Source of the DNA: an uncultured Alphaproteobacteria bacterium
GTDB taxonomy: Bacteria > Pseudomonadota > Alphaproteobacteria > Rhizobiales > Xanthobacteraceae
Assembly: GCA_963850245.1 (NCBI GenBank)
Contig: CAWKLA010000013.1
Location: forward strand, 46,151-110,150
Direction: 5' to 3'
DNA: 64,000 nucleotides
Positions within the stretch are counted from its first letter, which is position 1. Each line of letters opens with the position of its first letter. The notes under the pieces were generated by a model. The model searched no databases and had not been told where the DNA came from. It was given only the letters and a program-made list of their open reading frames with translations. Shown one piece after another: positions 39,597 to 47,991 of the stretch. A program made the translations under genes and the position numbers.

Positions 39597-40415
39597 ATGC
39601 CGGAAATCTCGGGCCTCATGCGCGGCAAGCGCGGCCTTATCATAGGGGTCGCCAATCAGCGTTCGTTGGCCTGGGGCATCGCCAAGGCTTGCCGTGCGCA
39701 GGGCGCCGAACTTGCGTTCACCTATCAGGGCGACGCACTCAAAAGGCGCGTCGAGCCGCTCGCCGAGGAAGTCGGCGGCATCGTCGTCGGCCATTGCGAC
39801 GTCACCGAACCCGCCACGATCGATGCGGCATTCGTCGCGCTGCAATCGGCATGGGGCACGATCGATTTTCTGGTGCACGCGATTGCGTTCTCGGACAAGG
39901 ACGAGCTCGACGGCCGATACGTCGACACCACGGCGGAGAATTTCAGCAAGACCATGCTGGTGAGCTGCTACTCGCTGACTGCGGTCGCGCAGCGTGCCGA
40001 GAAGCTGATGCCGAACGGCGGCGCCATGCTCACGCTCACCTATTACGGAGCGGAAAAGTGGATGCCTCACTATAACGTCATGGGCGTTGCCAAGGCCGCG
40101 CTGGAGGCGTCGGTCTGGTATCTCGCCGCCGATCTCGGCGTAAAGAATATCCGTGTCAACGCCATCTCGTCGGGGCCGATCAAGACGCTTGCCGCCGCGG
40201 GTATCCGCGACCTCCGTTATATTTTCAGATGGAACGAATACAACGCGCCGCTGCGGCGCAACGTGACAATCGAGGACGTCGGCGATGCGGCCGTTTATCT
40301 GCTGTCGGATATGTCCCGCGGCGTCACCGGCGAAATCCATCACGTCGACGCTGGTTATCATATCGTCGGCATGAAGCACCCCGATGCGCCTGACATCACG
40401 GTCGGCAAGGACTAA
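39597..40415 (+). CDS. fabI: Enoyl-[acyl-carrier-protein] reductase (NADH) FabI
   Basis: This is the in-frame part of ORF 39429..40415 starting at the ATG at 39597. GKRGLIIGVANQRSLAWGIAKA...YYGAEKWMPHYNVMGVAKAALEASVWYLAADLG...RVNAISSGPIKTLAA is a FabI sequence. Confidence 0.92.
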   Translation: MPEISGLMRGKRGLIIGVANQRSLAWGIAKACRAQGAELAFTYQGDALKRRVEPLAEEVGGIVVGHCDVTEPATIDAAFVALQSAWGTIDFLVHAIAFSDKDELDGRYVDTTAENFSKTMLVSCYSLTAVAQRAEKLMPNGGAMLTLTYYGAEKWMPHYNVMGVAKAALEASVWYLAADLGVKNIRVNAISSGPIKTLAAAGIRDLRYIFRWNEYNAPLRRNVTIEDVGDAAVYLLSDMSRGVTGEIHHVDAGYHIVGMKHPDAPDITVGKD

Positions 40416-40532
40416 CTCCTTTTCGGATTTTTGCGCGCCGCCGCCGCCCCCAAGCCTCCTGAAAAGGCCGATTTGCGCCCCTGATTTAATTGCCCTATCG
40501 TGAAGGTGGGGATCCGGGCGTGTTGATTTCGG

Positions 40533-41468
40533 ATGTCCGATACATCAGTTTACCGTTGTATCGGCGGGGCGGCTGTGAACAAAAATCGCGTGAGCAAAAA
40601 TCGCGTCTGTGGTGCGATAGCGTTTTTTGTGTTCGGCGCGTTCGGCATTGCCGGCGCCGTAGCCGAAGAAATGACGGCCGCGCCCGCGCTCATCCTCACC
40701 TCCCCGTCCAGTTCACGCCCATGGACGGGTCTTTATATCGGCGGCAACGGCGGATACGGCTGGATCAACTCCTCCGCTTCCTACAGCCCGAACGATCCGG
40801 CGGCCCAGGCCGGCACCTGTGGCGGCGGCAAGGGTGGCGGCAGATGCATTCCGCAATCGCTCTTCCACGTCCCTGGCGGGTTTGGCGGCGGTCAGGTCGG
40901 TTACGACTATCAGATTAATTCGCTGTGGGTAGCCGGCGTCGAGGCCGACTATCAAGGCGCCAATCTCTCCGGTCAGGGTGCTTCACCGTTTCGTCTCGGC
41001 TACAGCCCGACGACGGGCGCCAATACCAACATGACCGTCAATCAATCGGTCAGTTCGTTTGGAACGGTCCGTCTGCGGATGGGCGCGGCGCCGATAAATT
41101 CGCTTTTGCTCTACGGCACCGGCGGTCTCGCCTTCGGCAAGACCAATACAAACTTCAGCGCATTGTCGGGCGGCGCCGGCACTCTCAGCTCGGGAGGGTT
41201 CTCATATACGTGCGGGGCGGCCGGCACGACCTGCTTCTCCGGCTCGTCATCGAACGCGATGGTCGGATGGACGATCGGCGGCGGCGCCGAGTTCGCGCTG
41301 AGTAACAACTTCACCATCAAGGGCGAAGTATTGTACGTCGATCTTGGTTCTTATAACGCCACCGTGACCGCGACCAATGCCGGCGGCGGACGGCCCGCGT
41401 CGTTCACGGCGTCGATGGCGCCGGTGGGCTTCCTCGTGGGGCGGGGCGGTCTCAATTTTCGTTTTTAG
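40533..41468 (+). CDS. Outer-membrane beta-barrel protein (Omp25/31-porin-like)
   Basis: ORF track. After a signal peptide (...FGIAGAVA) it has alternating beta-strand motifs (WTGLYIGGNGGYGW, VAGVEADYQGA, GWTIGGGAEFAL, IKGEVLYVDLG) and ends ...GGLNFRF. Confidence 0.75.
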   Translation: MSDTSVYRCIGGAAVNKNRVSKNRVCGAIAFFVFGAFGIAGAVAEEMTAAPALILTSPSSSRPWTGLYIGGNGGYGWINSSASYSPNDPAAQAGTCGGGKGGGRCIPQSLFHVPGGFGGGQVGYDYQINSLWVAGVEADYQGANLSGQGASPFRLGYSPTTGANTNMTVNQSVSSFGTVRLRMGAAPINSLLLYGTGGLAFGKTNTNFSALSGGAGTLSSGGFSYTCGAAGTTCFSGSSSNAMVGWTIGGGAEFALSNNFTIKGEVLYVDLGSYNATVTATNAGGGRPASFTASMAPVGFLVGRGGLNFRF

Positions 41469-41624
41469 CTGGTTTTGTTTCCAGCTGATTTCGTTTCCGG
41501 CTGATGCGACCGCTGAAAACAGCAGCGGCCGGACCTGGGTCCAGCCGCTGTCACGAAACACCGCTCAAGGCGCCTCGCGAATTCAGAAGATGATGATGCA
41601 ACCTCGATACGAGGTCGCGCTGCA

Positions 41625-41669
41625 TCACGTCTTCTTCATCTTCTTCTTTTTCTTCGGCTTGGTAGCCAT
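41625..41669 (-). CDS. Candidate 14-aa lysine-rich micro-ORF (MATKPKKKKKMKKT)
   Basis: My own reading. The ATG is preceded by GAAGGA at about 9 nt. It is followed by two hairpins, the second being a terminator-like stem plus U-run at 41514-41550 on the minus strand. There is no homology evidence. Confidence 0.2.
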   Translation of the reverse strand: MATKPKKKKKMKKT

Positions 41670-41999
41670 GATGTGCATTCCTTCTGGTGTGATGATTCTA
41701 CGGCGGGGTTGAGTTCAAGCTCTCCGAGCTCAATTTCGGTCCCTTGGCCCTAGTCCCCCTTGCCGATCGCCACAATGCCATAAGCGGGGCATGGCCGCAA
41801 CATTAAAATCGGAAATAATCCTGATTTTTCCGTAGCTTAACAGACGTTCAGCTTTTCATTAACTATCGTTCAGCGAGATGAATAGGCCATGAACGCAGGT
41901 CGATCGGGCGGGTTGGTCCATTTGACCCCTTAGGGTCTGCGGGCTACGCCTTCACCGCGCAAAATCTTTCGACAAGACATTCCGTAAAACCATTCGACC

Positions 42000-43124
42000 A
42001 TGTCTTTCAATACGTTCGGACACTCCTTCCGGGTGACGACCTTCGGCGAGAGCCACGGGCCTGCCATCGGCTGCGTGGTCGACGGCTGCCCGCCGCGCAT
42101 TGCACTCACTGAGGCCGACATCCAGCCCTATCTCGATCGACGCCGGCCGGGCCAATCGCGCTTTACCACGCAACGCCAGGAGCCGGACGCAATCAAAATC
42201 CTGTCCGGCGTATTTCAGGACGAGACGATCGGCCAGCAGGTCACGACCGGTTCGCCGATCGCGCTCCTGATCGACAACGTCGATCAGCGGAGCAAGGACT
42301 ATTCGGCCATCAAGGATAAATACCGGCCCGGCCACGCCGATTTCACCTACGACGTAAAATACGGCTTACGGGATTATCGCGGCGGTGGCCGGCAATCGGC
42401 GCGCGAGACGGCGATGCGCGTGGCGGCGGGCGCCATTGCGCGCAAGATCGTGCCCGGCGTGCTTGTACGCGGCGCGCTCGTCCAGATGGGCCCGCACCGA
42501 ATCGACCGCACGCGCTGGGATTGGGCCGAGGTCGACCGCAACCCGTTCTTTTGTCCCGATCCGGGAAAGGCCGATTTCTTTGCCGATTATCTCGATGAAG
42601 TCCGCAAAAGCGGCTCCTCGGTCGGCGCGGTGCTGGAGATCGTCGCCGACGGCGTGCCGCCCGGTCTCGGCGCACCGATCTACGGCAAGCTCGACGCCGA
42701 TCTTGCCGCCGCCCTGATGAGCATCAATGCGGTCAAGGGTGTGGAAATCGGCAGCGGCTTTGCCGCGGCGGAACTTTCCGGCGAGGAAAACGGTGACGAA
42801 ATGCGCGCGGGCAACGACGGCAAGCCGACCTTTCTCTCCAATCACGCCGGTGGCATCCTCGGCGGCGTCTCGACCGGTCAGCCGGTGGTCGCGCGCTTTG
42901 CCGTCAAGCCGACGTCCTCGATCCTTACGCCGCGGCGCACCGTTGACCGCTATGGACAGGAGACCGAGATCACGACCACCGGGCGCCACGATCCGTGCGT
43001 CGGCATTCGCGCGGTACCGGTGGGCGAGGCCATGGTGGCGTGCGTGATCGCCGATCATTATCTGCGTCACCGCGCCCAGGTGGGCGAATTTCCGGCGTGG
43101 CCGTTTCCACGGCCGCGAATTTGA
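42000..43124 (+). CDS. aroC: Chorismate synthase
   Basis: ORF track. [32 protein letters not shown]...[20 protein letters not shown]...[15 protein letters not shown]...[18 protein letters not shown] is an AroC sequence. Confidence 0.95.
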   Translation: MSFNTFGHSFRVTTFGESHGPAIGCVVDGCPPRIALTEADIQPYLDRRRPGQSRFTTQRQEPDAIKILSGVFQDETIGQQVTTGSPIALLIDNVDQRSKDYSAIKDKYRPGHADFTYDVKYGLRDYRGGGRQSARETAMRVAAGAIARKIVPGVLVRGALVQMGPHRIDRTRWDWAEVDRNPFFCPDPGKADFFADYLDEVRKSGSSVGAVLEIVADGVPPGLGAPIYGKLDADLAAALMSINAVKGVEIGSGFAAAELSGEENGDEMRAGNDGKPTFLSNHAGGILGGVSTGQPVVARFAVKPTSSILTPRRTVDRYGQETEITTTGRHDPCVGIRAVPVGEAMVACVIADHYLRHRAQVGEFPAWPFPRPRI

Positions 43125-43175
43125 CTGCAGGTTTGTCGAAGAGATTGAGTTCGTCGAAGAGATTGAAAAGAAAAG

Positions 43176-44270
43176 ATGGAAAACGCCCAGCAACGCATTC
43201 AGGCCGCCGTAACCGCTTTTGCCCGCGGCGATCTTGTCATCGTGGCCGATGACGACGACCGCGAGAACGAGGGCGATCTGTTCGTCGCAGCATCGCTATG
43301 CACGCCGGAAAAGATGGCGTTCATCATCCGCCATACCTCCGGCATCGTCTGCGTTCCGCTGGCCCAGGACGAGGCGCGGCGGCTGCATCTCGATCCGATG
43401 GTTGCGCGTAACGATGCCCCGTTGGGCACCGCCTTCACGGTTTCGGTCGATGCCCGTCACGGTCTGACGACCGGCATTTCCGCGGAAGAGCGCACCAATA
43501 CAGTGCGGGCTCTGGCCAACGGCAATATGGGCGCCGGTGACTTCGTGCGTCCGGGCCATGTGTTTCCGCTGGTGGCCAAGGAAGGTGGCGTCCTGATGCG
43601 CTCGGGCCATACGGAAGCCTGCGTCGATCTTTGCCGGCTCGCCGGCTTGCCGCCGGTTGGCGTGCTCGCCGAGCTGATGAACGACGACGGCACCGTCATG
43701 CGCGGGCCGCAGATCGCCGCCTTGGCCGAGAAGCACAATCTGATGCGCGTCTCCATCGCCGACCTGATCGCCTATCGGCAGGCGCGGGAAAGACTGATCG
43801 AGCGCGTCGGCGAATTTCCGGTGGAATCCGATATCGGATTGCTCGCCGGCTATGCTTTCCAGACGCCGTTCGATCCGTTTTATCACATGGCTTTTGTTCA
43901 CGGCCGGATCGGCAACGGCACCAACGTGCTGACGCGGCTGCACCGCGCCAATCTCATCCTGGACGTGTTCGGCGGCGCCAAGGCCATTCGCGGGACGCTC
44001 GATCGCTTCAAGGCGGAGGGCAGCGGCGTGCTCGTCATTTTGCGGGATGGTGCCGCCGGCGTGCCGGTGGTGGCAATCCCGAAGTCGGACGAAACCGCCT
44101 CGGGCGAGGCGCGCAGCCGGCAATGGCGGGAGGTCGGTCTCGGTGCGCAGATCCTCAAGGATCTCGGCGTCACCTCGATCCGGCTGCTCAGCTCTTCGAT
44201 CAAAATGACCTATGTCGGTCTTTCAGGTTTCGGCATTGAAATCGTCGGCACTGAGCCGATCGAGGTGTGA
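43176..44270 (+). CDS. ribB: 3,4-dihydroxy-2-butanone-4-phosphate synthase with degenerate GTP-cyclohydrolase-II-like C-terminal domain
   Basis: ORF track. It has a RibB core (DDDDRENEGDLFVAA...GHTEACVDLCRLAGL). The C-terminal half is RibA-like but I do not see the zinc-binding Cys motif. Confidence 0.88.
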   Translation: MENAQQRIQAAVTAFARGDLVIVADDDDRENEGDLFVAASLCTPEKMAFIIRHTSGIVCVPLAQDEARRLHLDPMVARNDAPLGTAFTVSVDARHGLTTGISAEERTNTVRALANGNMGAGDFVRPGHVFPLVAKEGGVLMRSGHTEACVDLCRLAGLPPVGVLAELMNDDGTVMRGPQIAALAEKHNLMRVSIADLIAYRQARERLIERVGEFPVESDIGLLAGYAFQTPFDPFYHMAFVHGRIGNGTNVLTRLHRANLILDVFGGAKAIRGTLDRFKAEGSGVLVILRDGAAGVPVVAIPKSDETASGEARSRQWREVGLGAQILKDLGVTSIRLLSSSIKMTYVGLSGFGIEIVGTEPIEV

Positions 44271-44311
44271 GTGCGCGCCGTGTCGCGCGTCGGCAACAAT
44301 CGAGGGATAAA

Positions 44312-44941
44312 ATGACCAGCATCATGCACACCATGGCCAGCAATCGAATGAGCCTTCGCCGGATCGGTCTCGCCGTCGTTCTTGTCGGCCTCGGCATGAC
44401 CCTGTCGGCTTGCGGCTACAACACCATTCCGACTTTGGAAGAGCAGGCCAAGGCGCGCTGGGCCGACGTTCAGAACCAGTATCAGCGCCGCGCCGATCTC
44501 ATTCCCAACCTGGTCGCGACCGTCCAGGGCTACGCCGCCCAGGAAAAGAGCGTGCTGACGGCGGTGGTCGAAGCGCGCGCCAAGGCGACGCAGGTCAAGG
44601 TGGACGCTTCGCAGCTGACAGACCCGGACAAGCTCAAGGCTTTCCAGGATGCGCAAAATCAGTTGTCGGGGGCGCTCGGCCGCCTGCTGGCGGTGACCGA
44701 GAACTACCCGGACCTCAAATCAAACGCGAACTTCCTCGCGTTGCAGTCGCAGCTCGAAGGTACCGAGAACCGCATCGCTGTGGCGCGGCGCGACTACATC
44801 GAGGCCGTCCGCGCCTACAATCTGTCGCTCCGCACTTTCCCGACGCTGCTCTGGGCCAAGACGATCTTCGCCGGAAACAAGCCGATGGCAGAATTCGCCG
44901 CGAGCGAGGGCTCGGAAAAGCCGCCGCAGGTGAAATTCTAG
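44312..44941 (+). CDS. lemA: LemA family lipoprotein
   Basis: ORF 44267..44941. It has a lipobox (LGMTLSAC) and LemA motifs (WADVQNQYQRRADLIPNLV...ENYPDLKSNANFLALQSQLEGTENRIAVARRDY). The ATG at 44312 follows GAGGGA. Confidence 0.85.
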   Translation: MTSIMHTMASNRMSLRRIGLAVVLVGLGMTLSACGYNTIPTLEEQAKARWADVQNQYQRRADLIPNLVATVQGYAAQEKSVLTAVVEARAKATQVKVDASQLTDPDKLKAFQDAQNQLSGALGRLLAVTENYPDLKSNANFLALQSQLEGTENRIAVARRDYIEAVRAYNLSLRTFPTLLWAKTIFAGNKPMAEFAASEGSEKPPQVKF

Positions 44942-44951
44942 CGGTCGTGCG

Positions 44952-45728
44952 GTGAGACCGGGCGCGTCATGGCTGGCCTTGGCGCTGCTGTTTTGCATCG
45001 CCTCGGCGGCGCTCGCCCTGGATTTTCCGCCTTTGACCGGTCGCGTCGTCGATCAGGCGGGAGTCATGACGACTGAAAGTCGCGACGATATCGAAGCCAA
45101 GTCGAAAGAACTTGAAGACAAGTCCGGCATCCAGCTTGTCGTCGCCACGGTGATGTCGCTGCAAGGCAGCGACATCGAGACTTATGCCAACCAGCTTTTC
45201 CGCTCCTGGAAGCTCGGCGAAGCGAAGAAGAACAATGGCGTACTGCTCCTTGTCGCTCCGAACGAGCACAAAGTGCGGATCGAAGTCGGATATGGGCTCG
45301 AAGGCACGCTGACCGACGCGCTGTCGGCGGTGATCATATCCAGCGCCATCATCCCGCGTTTCAAAGCGAATGATTTCTCCGGCGGCATCCAGCGCGGCGT
45401 TGACGGCATCATCGGCGTGCTCAACGGCGACTCGGCGGAATGGCAGCCGAAGATGGCGCTACGTGTCGACGACATTCGTGCCGGCGATGTTGCCGCGCTC
45501 CTGATGTTTCTCTTTATCGCCACGCTCCTCGTTGTCGCCGTCTGGCAAAATTTCCGTTCGGGCCATTATGTCGTCCGCCACGGCCGGCGGGTTTTCGTGC
45601 CGGCCGGTCACACGTCGAGTTCGTCAAGCTGGAGCAGCAGCGACTCGTCGAGCAGCAGTTCCTCGGACAGCGACTTCTCCGGGGGCGGCGGCTCGTCGGG
45701 TGGCGGTGGCGCGTCAGGGAGCTGGTGA
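44952..45728 (+). CDS. TPM (YgcG-like) domain protein, copy 1, Gly/Ser-rich tail
   Basis: ORF track. It has a signal peptide, a TPM domain (GRVVDQAGVM...GIQLVVATV...NNGVLLLVAPNEHKVRIEVGYGLEG), a TM helix and a G/S tail ending GGGASGSW. Confidence 0.8.
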   Translation: MRPGASWLALALLFCIASAALALDFPPLTGRVVDQAGVMTTESRDDIEAKSKELEDKSGIQLVVATVMSLQGSDIETYANQLFRSWKLGEAKKNNGVLLLVAPNEHKVRIEVGYGLEGTLTDALSAVIISSAIIPRFKANDFSGGIQRGVDGIIGVLNGDSAEWQPKMALRVDDIRAGDVAALLMFLFIATLLVVAVWQNFRSGHYVVRHGRRVFVPAGHTSSSSSWSSSDSSSSSSSDSDFSGGGGSSGGGGASGSW

Positions 45729-46525
45729 TGAGGCGGCTTTCCATGCGGCTAGCTATCGCGATCTTCGTCCTGTTTCTGACGCCGGTACTCGTATTCGCGC
45801 TGGATTTTCCGCCGCTGACCGGCCGGGTGGTCGATCAGGCGGGTATCATGAGCGCAGCGAGCCGCAGCGACATCGAGGCGAAATCGAAGGAGCTTGAAGA
45901 CAAGTCCGGCATCCAGCTCGTCGTCGCCACGGTGAAGTCCCTGCAGGGCGGCGACATCGAGACCTATGCCAACGAACTGTTCCGATTCTGGAAGCTCGGC
46001 GAGGCGAAGAAGAACAACGGCGTGCTGCTGCTGGTCGCTCCGAACGAGCACAAGGTGCGCATCGAGGTCGGCTACGGCCTCGAAGGCACGCTGACCGACG
46101 CGCTCTCCTCGGTGATCATCTCGAGCGCCATCGTTCCGCGTTTCAAGGCGAACGATTATTCGGGCGGTATTCAGCGCGGCGTCGAGGGCATCATCGCCGT
46201 GCTCACCACCGATGCCAGCGAATGGCATCAAAAGGCCGAGGTCCGGGCCGATGATTCATCGGGCGATTTCAACAAGCTGTTTCCGATCCTGTTTCTGGTC
46301 TTGCTGATCTTTTTCATCTGGTACCTGATCCATCAGGCCAACGGTCCGGGCTCGGGTCCGGGCGGGACGGGCAGGCGAGGCGGTCCGATTATTTTCCCAC
46401 CCTTGGGCGGCGGCTCCTGGGGCTCGGGCTCAGGCTGGGGCGGCGGCTCTTCCGGCGGATTTGGCGGTGGCTTTTCCGGCGGCGGCGGCTGGTCGGGCGG
46501 TGGCGGCGCGTCGGGGAGCTGGTGA
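45728..46525 (+). CDS. TPM (YgcG-like) domain protein, copy 2 (tandem paralogue)
   Basis: This is the in-frame part of ORF 45440..46525 starting at the ATG at 45728 (MRRLSMRLAIAIF...). The TPM core is nearly identical to copy 1 and the tail also ends GGGASGSW. The start overlaps the copy-1 stop (TGATG). Confidence 0.8.
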   Translation: MRRLSMRLAIAIFVLFLTPVLVFALDFPPLTGRVVDQAGIMSAASRSDIEAKSKELEDKSGIQLVVATVKSLQGGDIETYANELFRFWKLGEAKKNNGVLLLVAPNEHKVRIEVGYGLEGTLTDALSSVIISSAIVPRFKANDYSGGIQRGVEGIIAVLTTDASEWHQKAEVRADDSSGDFNKLFPILFLVLLIFFIWYLIHQANGPGSGPGGTGRRGGPIIFPPLGGGSWGSGSGWGGGSSGGFGGGFSGGGGWSGGGGASGSW

Positions 46526-47133
46526 TGCAGTTCAGCAAGGAAGATCACGAGGCGGTATCGGCCGCCATTCAGGAAGCTGAGAAGCACACCAGCGGCCAGA
46601 TCGTTTGCGTGCTCGCGCACGCGTCGTCCGACTATGGTTACATTCCCATCATATGGGCGACGGCGCTGGCGCTCATCGCTCCCTGGCCGCTGATCTATTT
46701 TACGCCGTGGAGCGTGCAGCGGATTTTCCTGATTCAACTCGTGGTCTTTATCGTAGCCGCGCTTGTGTTCTCGCTGACGCCGCTTCGGCTAGCGCTGGTG
46801 CCTCGCGGCGTGCGCCGGGCGCGGGCGCATCGCGCCGCCCTCGAACAATTCGTGATCCGCCGCATCGCCGCTACCAAGAACCGCTGCGGTATCCTGATCT
46901 TTGTGTCGCTCGCGGAGCGCTATGCGCGCATCATCGCCGATGACGGCATCGCCCAGAAGGTGCAGGCATCCGAATGGCAAGCCGCGATCGATGCGCTCCG
47001 CGGCAACATGCGCGCCGGCCACATCGCGCAGGGCTTTGTCGCCGCGATCGAACGTTGCGGCACTGTGCTCGCGACGCATGCGCCGCCCGATGGCTCGCCC
47101 AATGCGCTGCCCGATCGGCTCTACGTGATGTAG
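46525..47133 (+). CDS. TPM-domain membrane protein (third member of the LemA-TPM cluster)
   Basis: ORF 46522..47133. FSKEDHEAVSAAIQEAEKHTSGQIVCVL... is followed by 2 TM helices and then GILIFVSLAERYARIIADDGI. It shows the same TGATG stop/start overlap as the previous junction. Confidence 0.7.
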   Translation: MQFSKEDHEAVSAAIQEAEKHTSGQIVCVLAHASSDYGYIPIIWATALALIAPWPLIYFTPWSVQRIFLIQLVVFIVAALVFSLTPLRLALVPRGVRRARAHRAALEQFVIRRIAATKNRCGILIFVSLAERYARIIADDGIAQKVQASEWQAAIDALRGNMRAGHIAQGFVAAIERCGTVLATHAPPDGSPNALPDRLYVM

Positions 47134-47241
47134 CCGCAATCGCCGTGCAAACGGCCGATCACCGAGAAATGATTGCCAGCAAGCTTTGATTTGGGGGCAT
47201 ACAGACCGCGCCACGACCCGCGAATGCCCAGGAAGGTTCCC

Positions 47242-47991
47242 ATGTTCGAGCAAGGCTTCACCCCCGACTCCATACGTCGCGACCGCCGTGCAATCCTCGG
47301 CATTGGCGGTGCGCTCGTTCTCGGCGCCGCGCTGCGCCCGTTGGCTGCGCTGGCGCAAACCAAACAGCGTATCGGCGTCATCGGCTCGGGTCATATCGGC
47401 GGCACGATTGGCGGACTGTGGGTCAAATCCGGCCATCCCGTGCTGTTTTCGTCGCGCCATCCGGAAGAACTGAAAGATCTCGTTGCCGGCCTCGGTGGGC
47501 TCGCCCAAGCCGGCACCGTTGATCAGGCGATCGCCTTCGGCGATGTTTTGTTTATCGCGGTGCCTTATGGAGCGCTGCCGCAGATCGGTCAGGATTACGG
47601 TGCGGCGCTCAAAGGCAAGATCATGCTCGATGCCTGCAACGCCGTCACTGCGCGTGACGGCACCATCACCGACGAGGTCGAGCGCGAGGGCGTTGGCGTG
47701 GTCTCGCAGAAATACCTGCCGGGTACGCGGCTGGTTCGCGCCTTCAACACGCTCAACTACAAAATCTTCGCCAGCGAGGCGAACCGTCCCGATCCGAAAC
47801 TCGCGGTCCCGATCGCCGGCGATGACGCCGAAGCTGTGCAAGTCGCGGCCGGCCTGGTCCGTGATGCGGGATTCGATCCCGTCGTGGTCGGCAAGCTGGC
47901 TGATGCCAACCGTTTCCAGCGCGGCGGGCCGGGTTACAACCAAGCCGTCAGCGCCGCTGAGCTCAGGCAGAAGCTGTCGCTCGCGCCATGA
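47242..47991 (+). CDS. NAD(P)-binding Rossmann oxidoreductase (NADPH-dependent F420 reductase-like fold) with a twin-arginine signal
   Basis: ORF 47173..47991. The ATG at 47242 follows AGGAAGG. It has a Tat-like N-terminus (SIRRDRRAILGIGGALVLGAALRPLAALA), then IGVIGSGHIGGTIGGLW (a GxGxxG motif). Confidence 0.7.
   Translation: MFEQGFTPDSIRRDRRAILGIGGALVLGAALRPLAALAQTKQRIGVIGSGHIGGTIGGLWVKSGHPVLFSSRHPEELKDLVAGLGGLAQAGTVDQAIAFGDVLFIAVPYGALPQIGQDYGAALKGKIMLDACNAVTARDGTITDEVEREGVGVVSQKYLPGTRLVRAFNTLNYKIFASEANRPDPKLAVPIAGDDAEAVQVAAGLVRDAGFDPVVVGKLADANRFQRGGPGYNQAVSAAELRQKLSLAP

Noticed and set aside
43125-43175. An FMN riboswitch expected upstream of ribB.
   Set aside because: The spacer is only 51 nt and is filled by an 18-nt tandem duplication. 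There is no room for the FMN aptamer.
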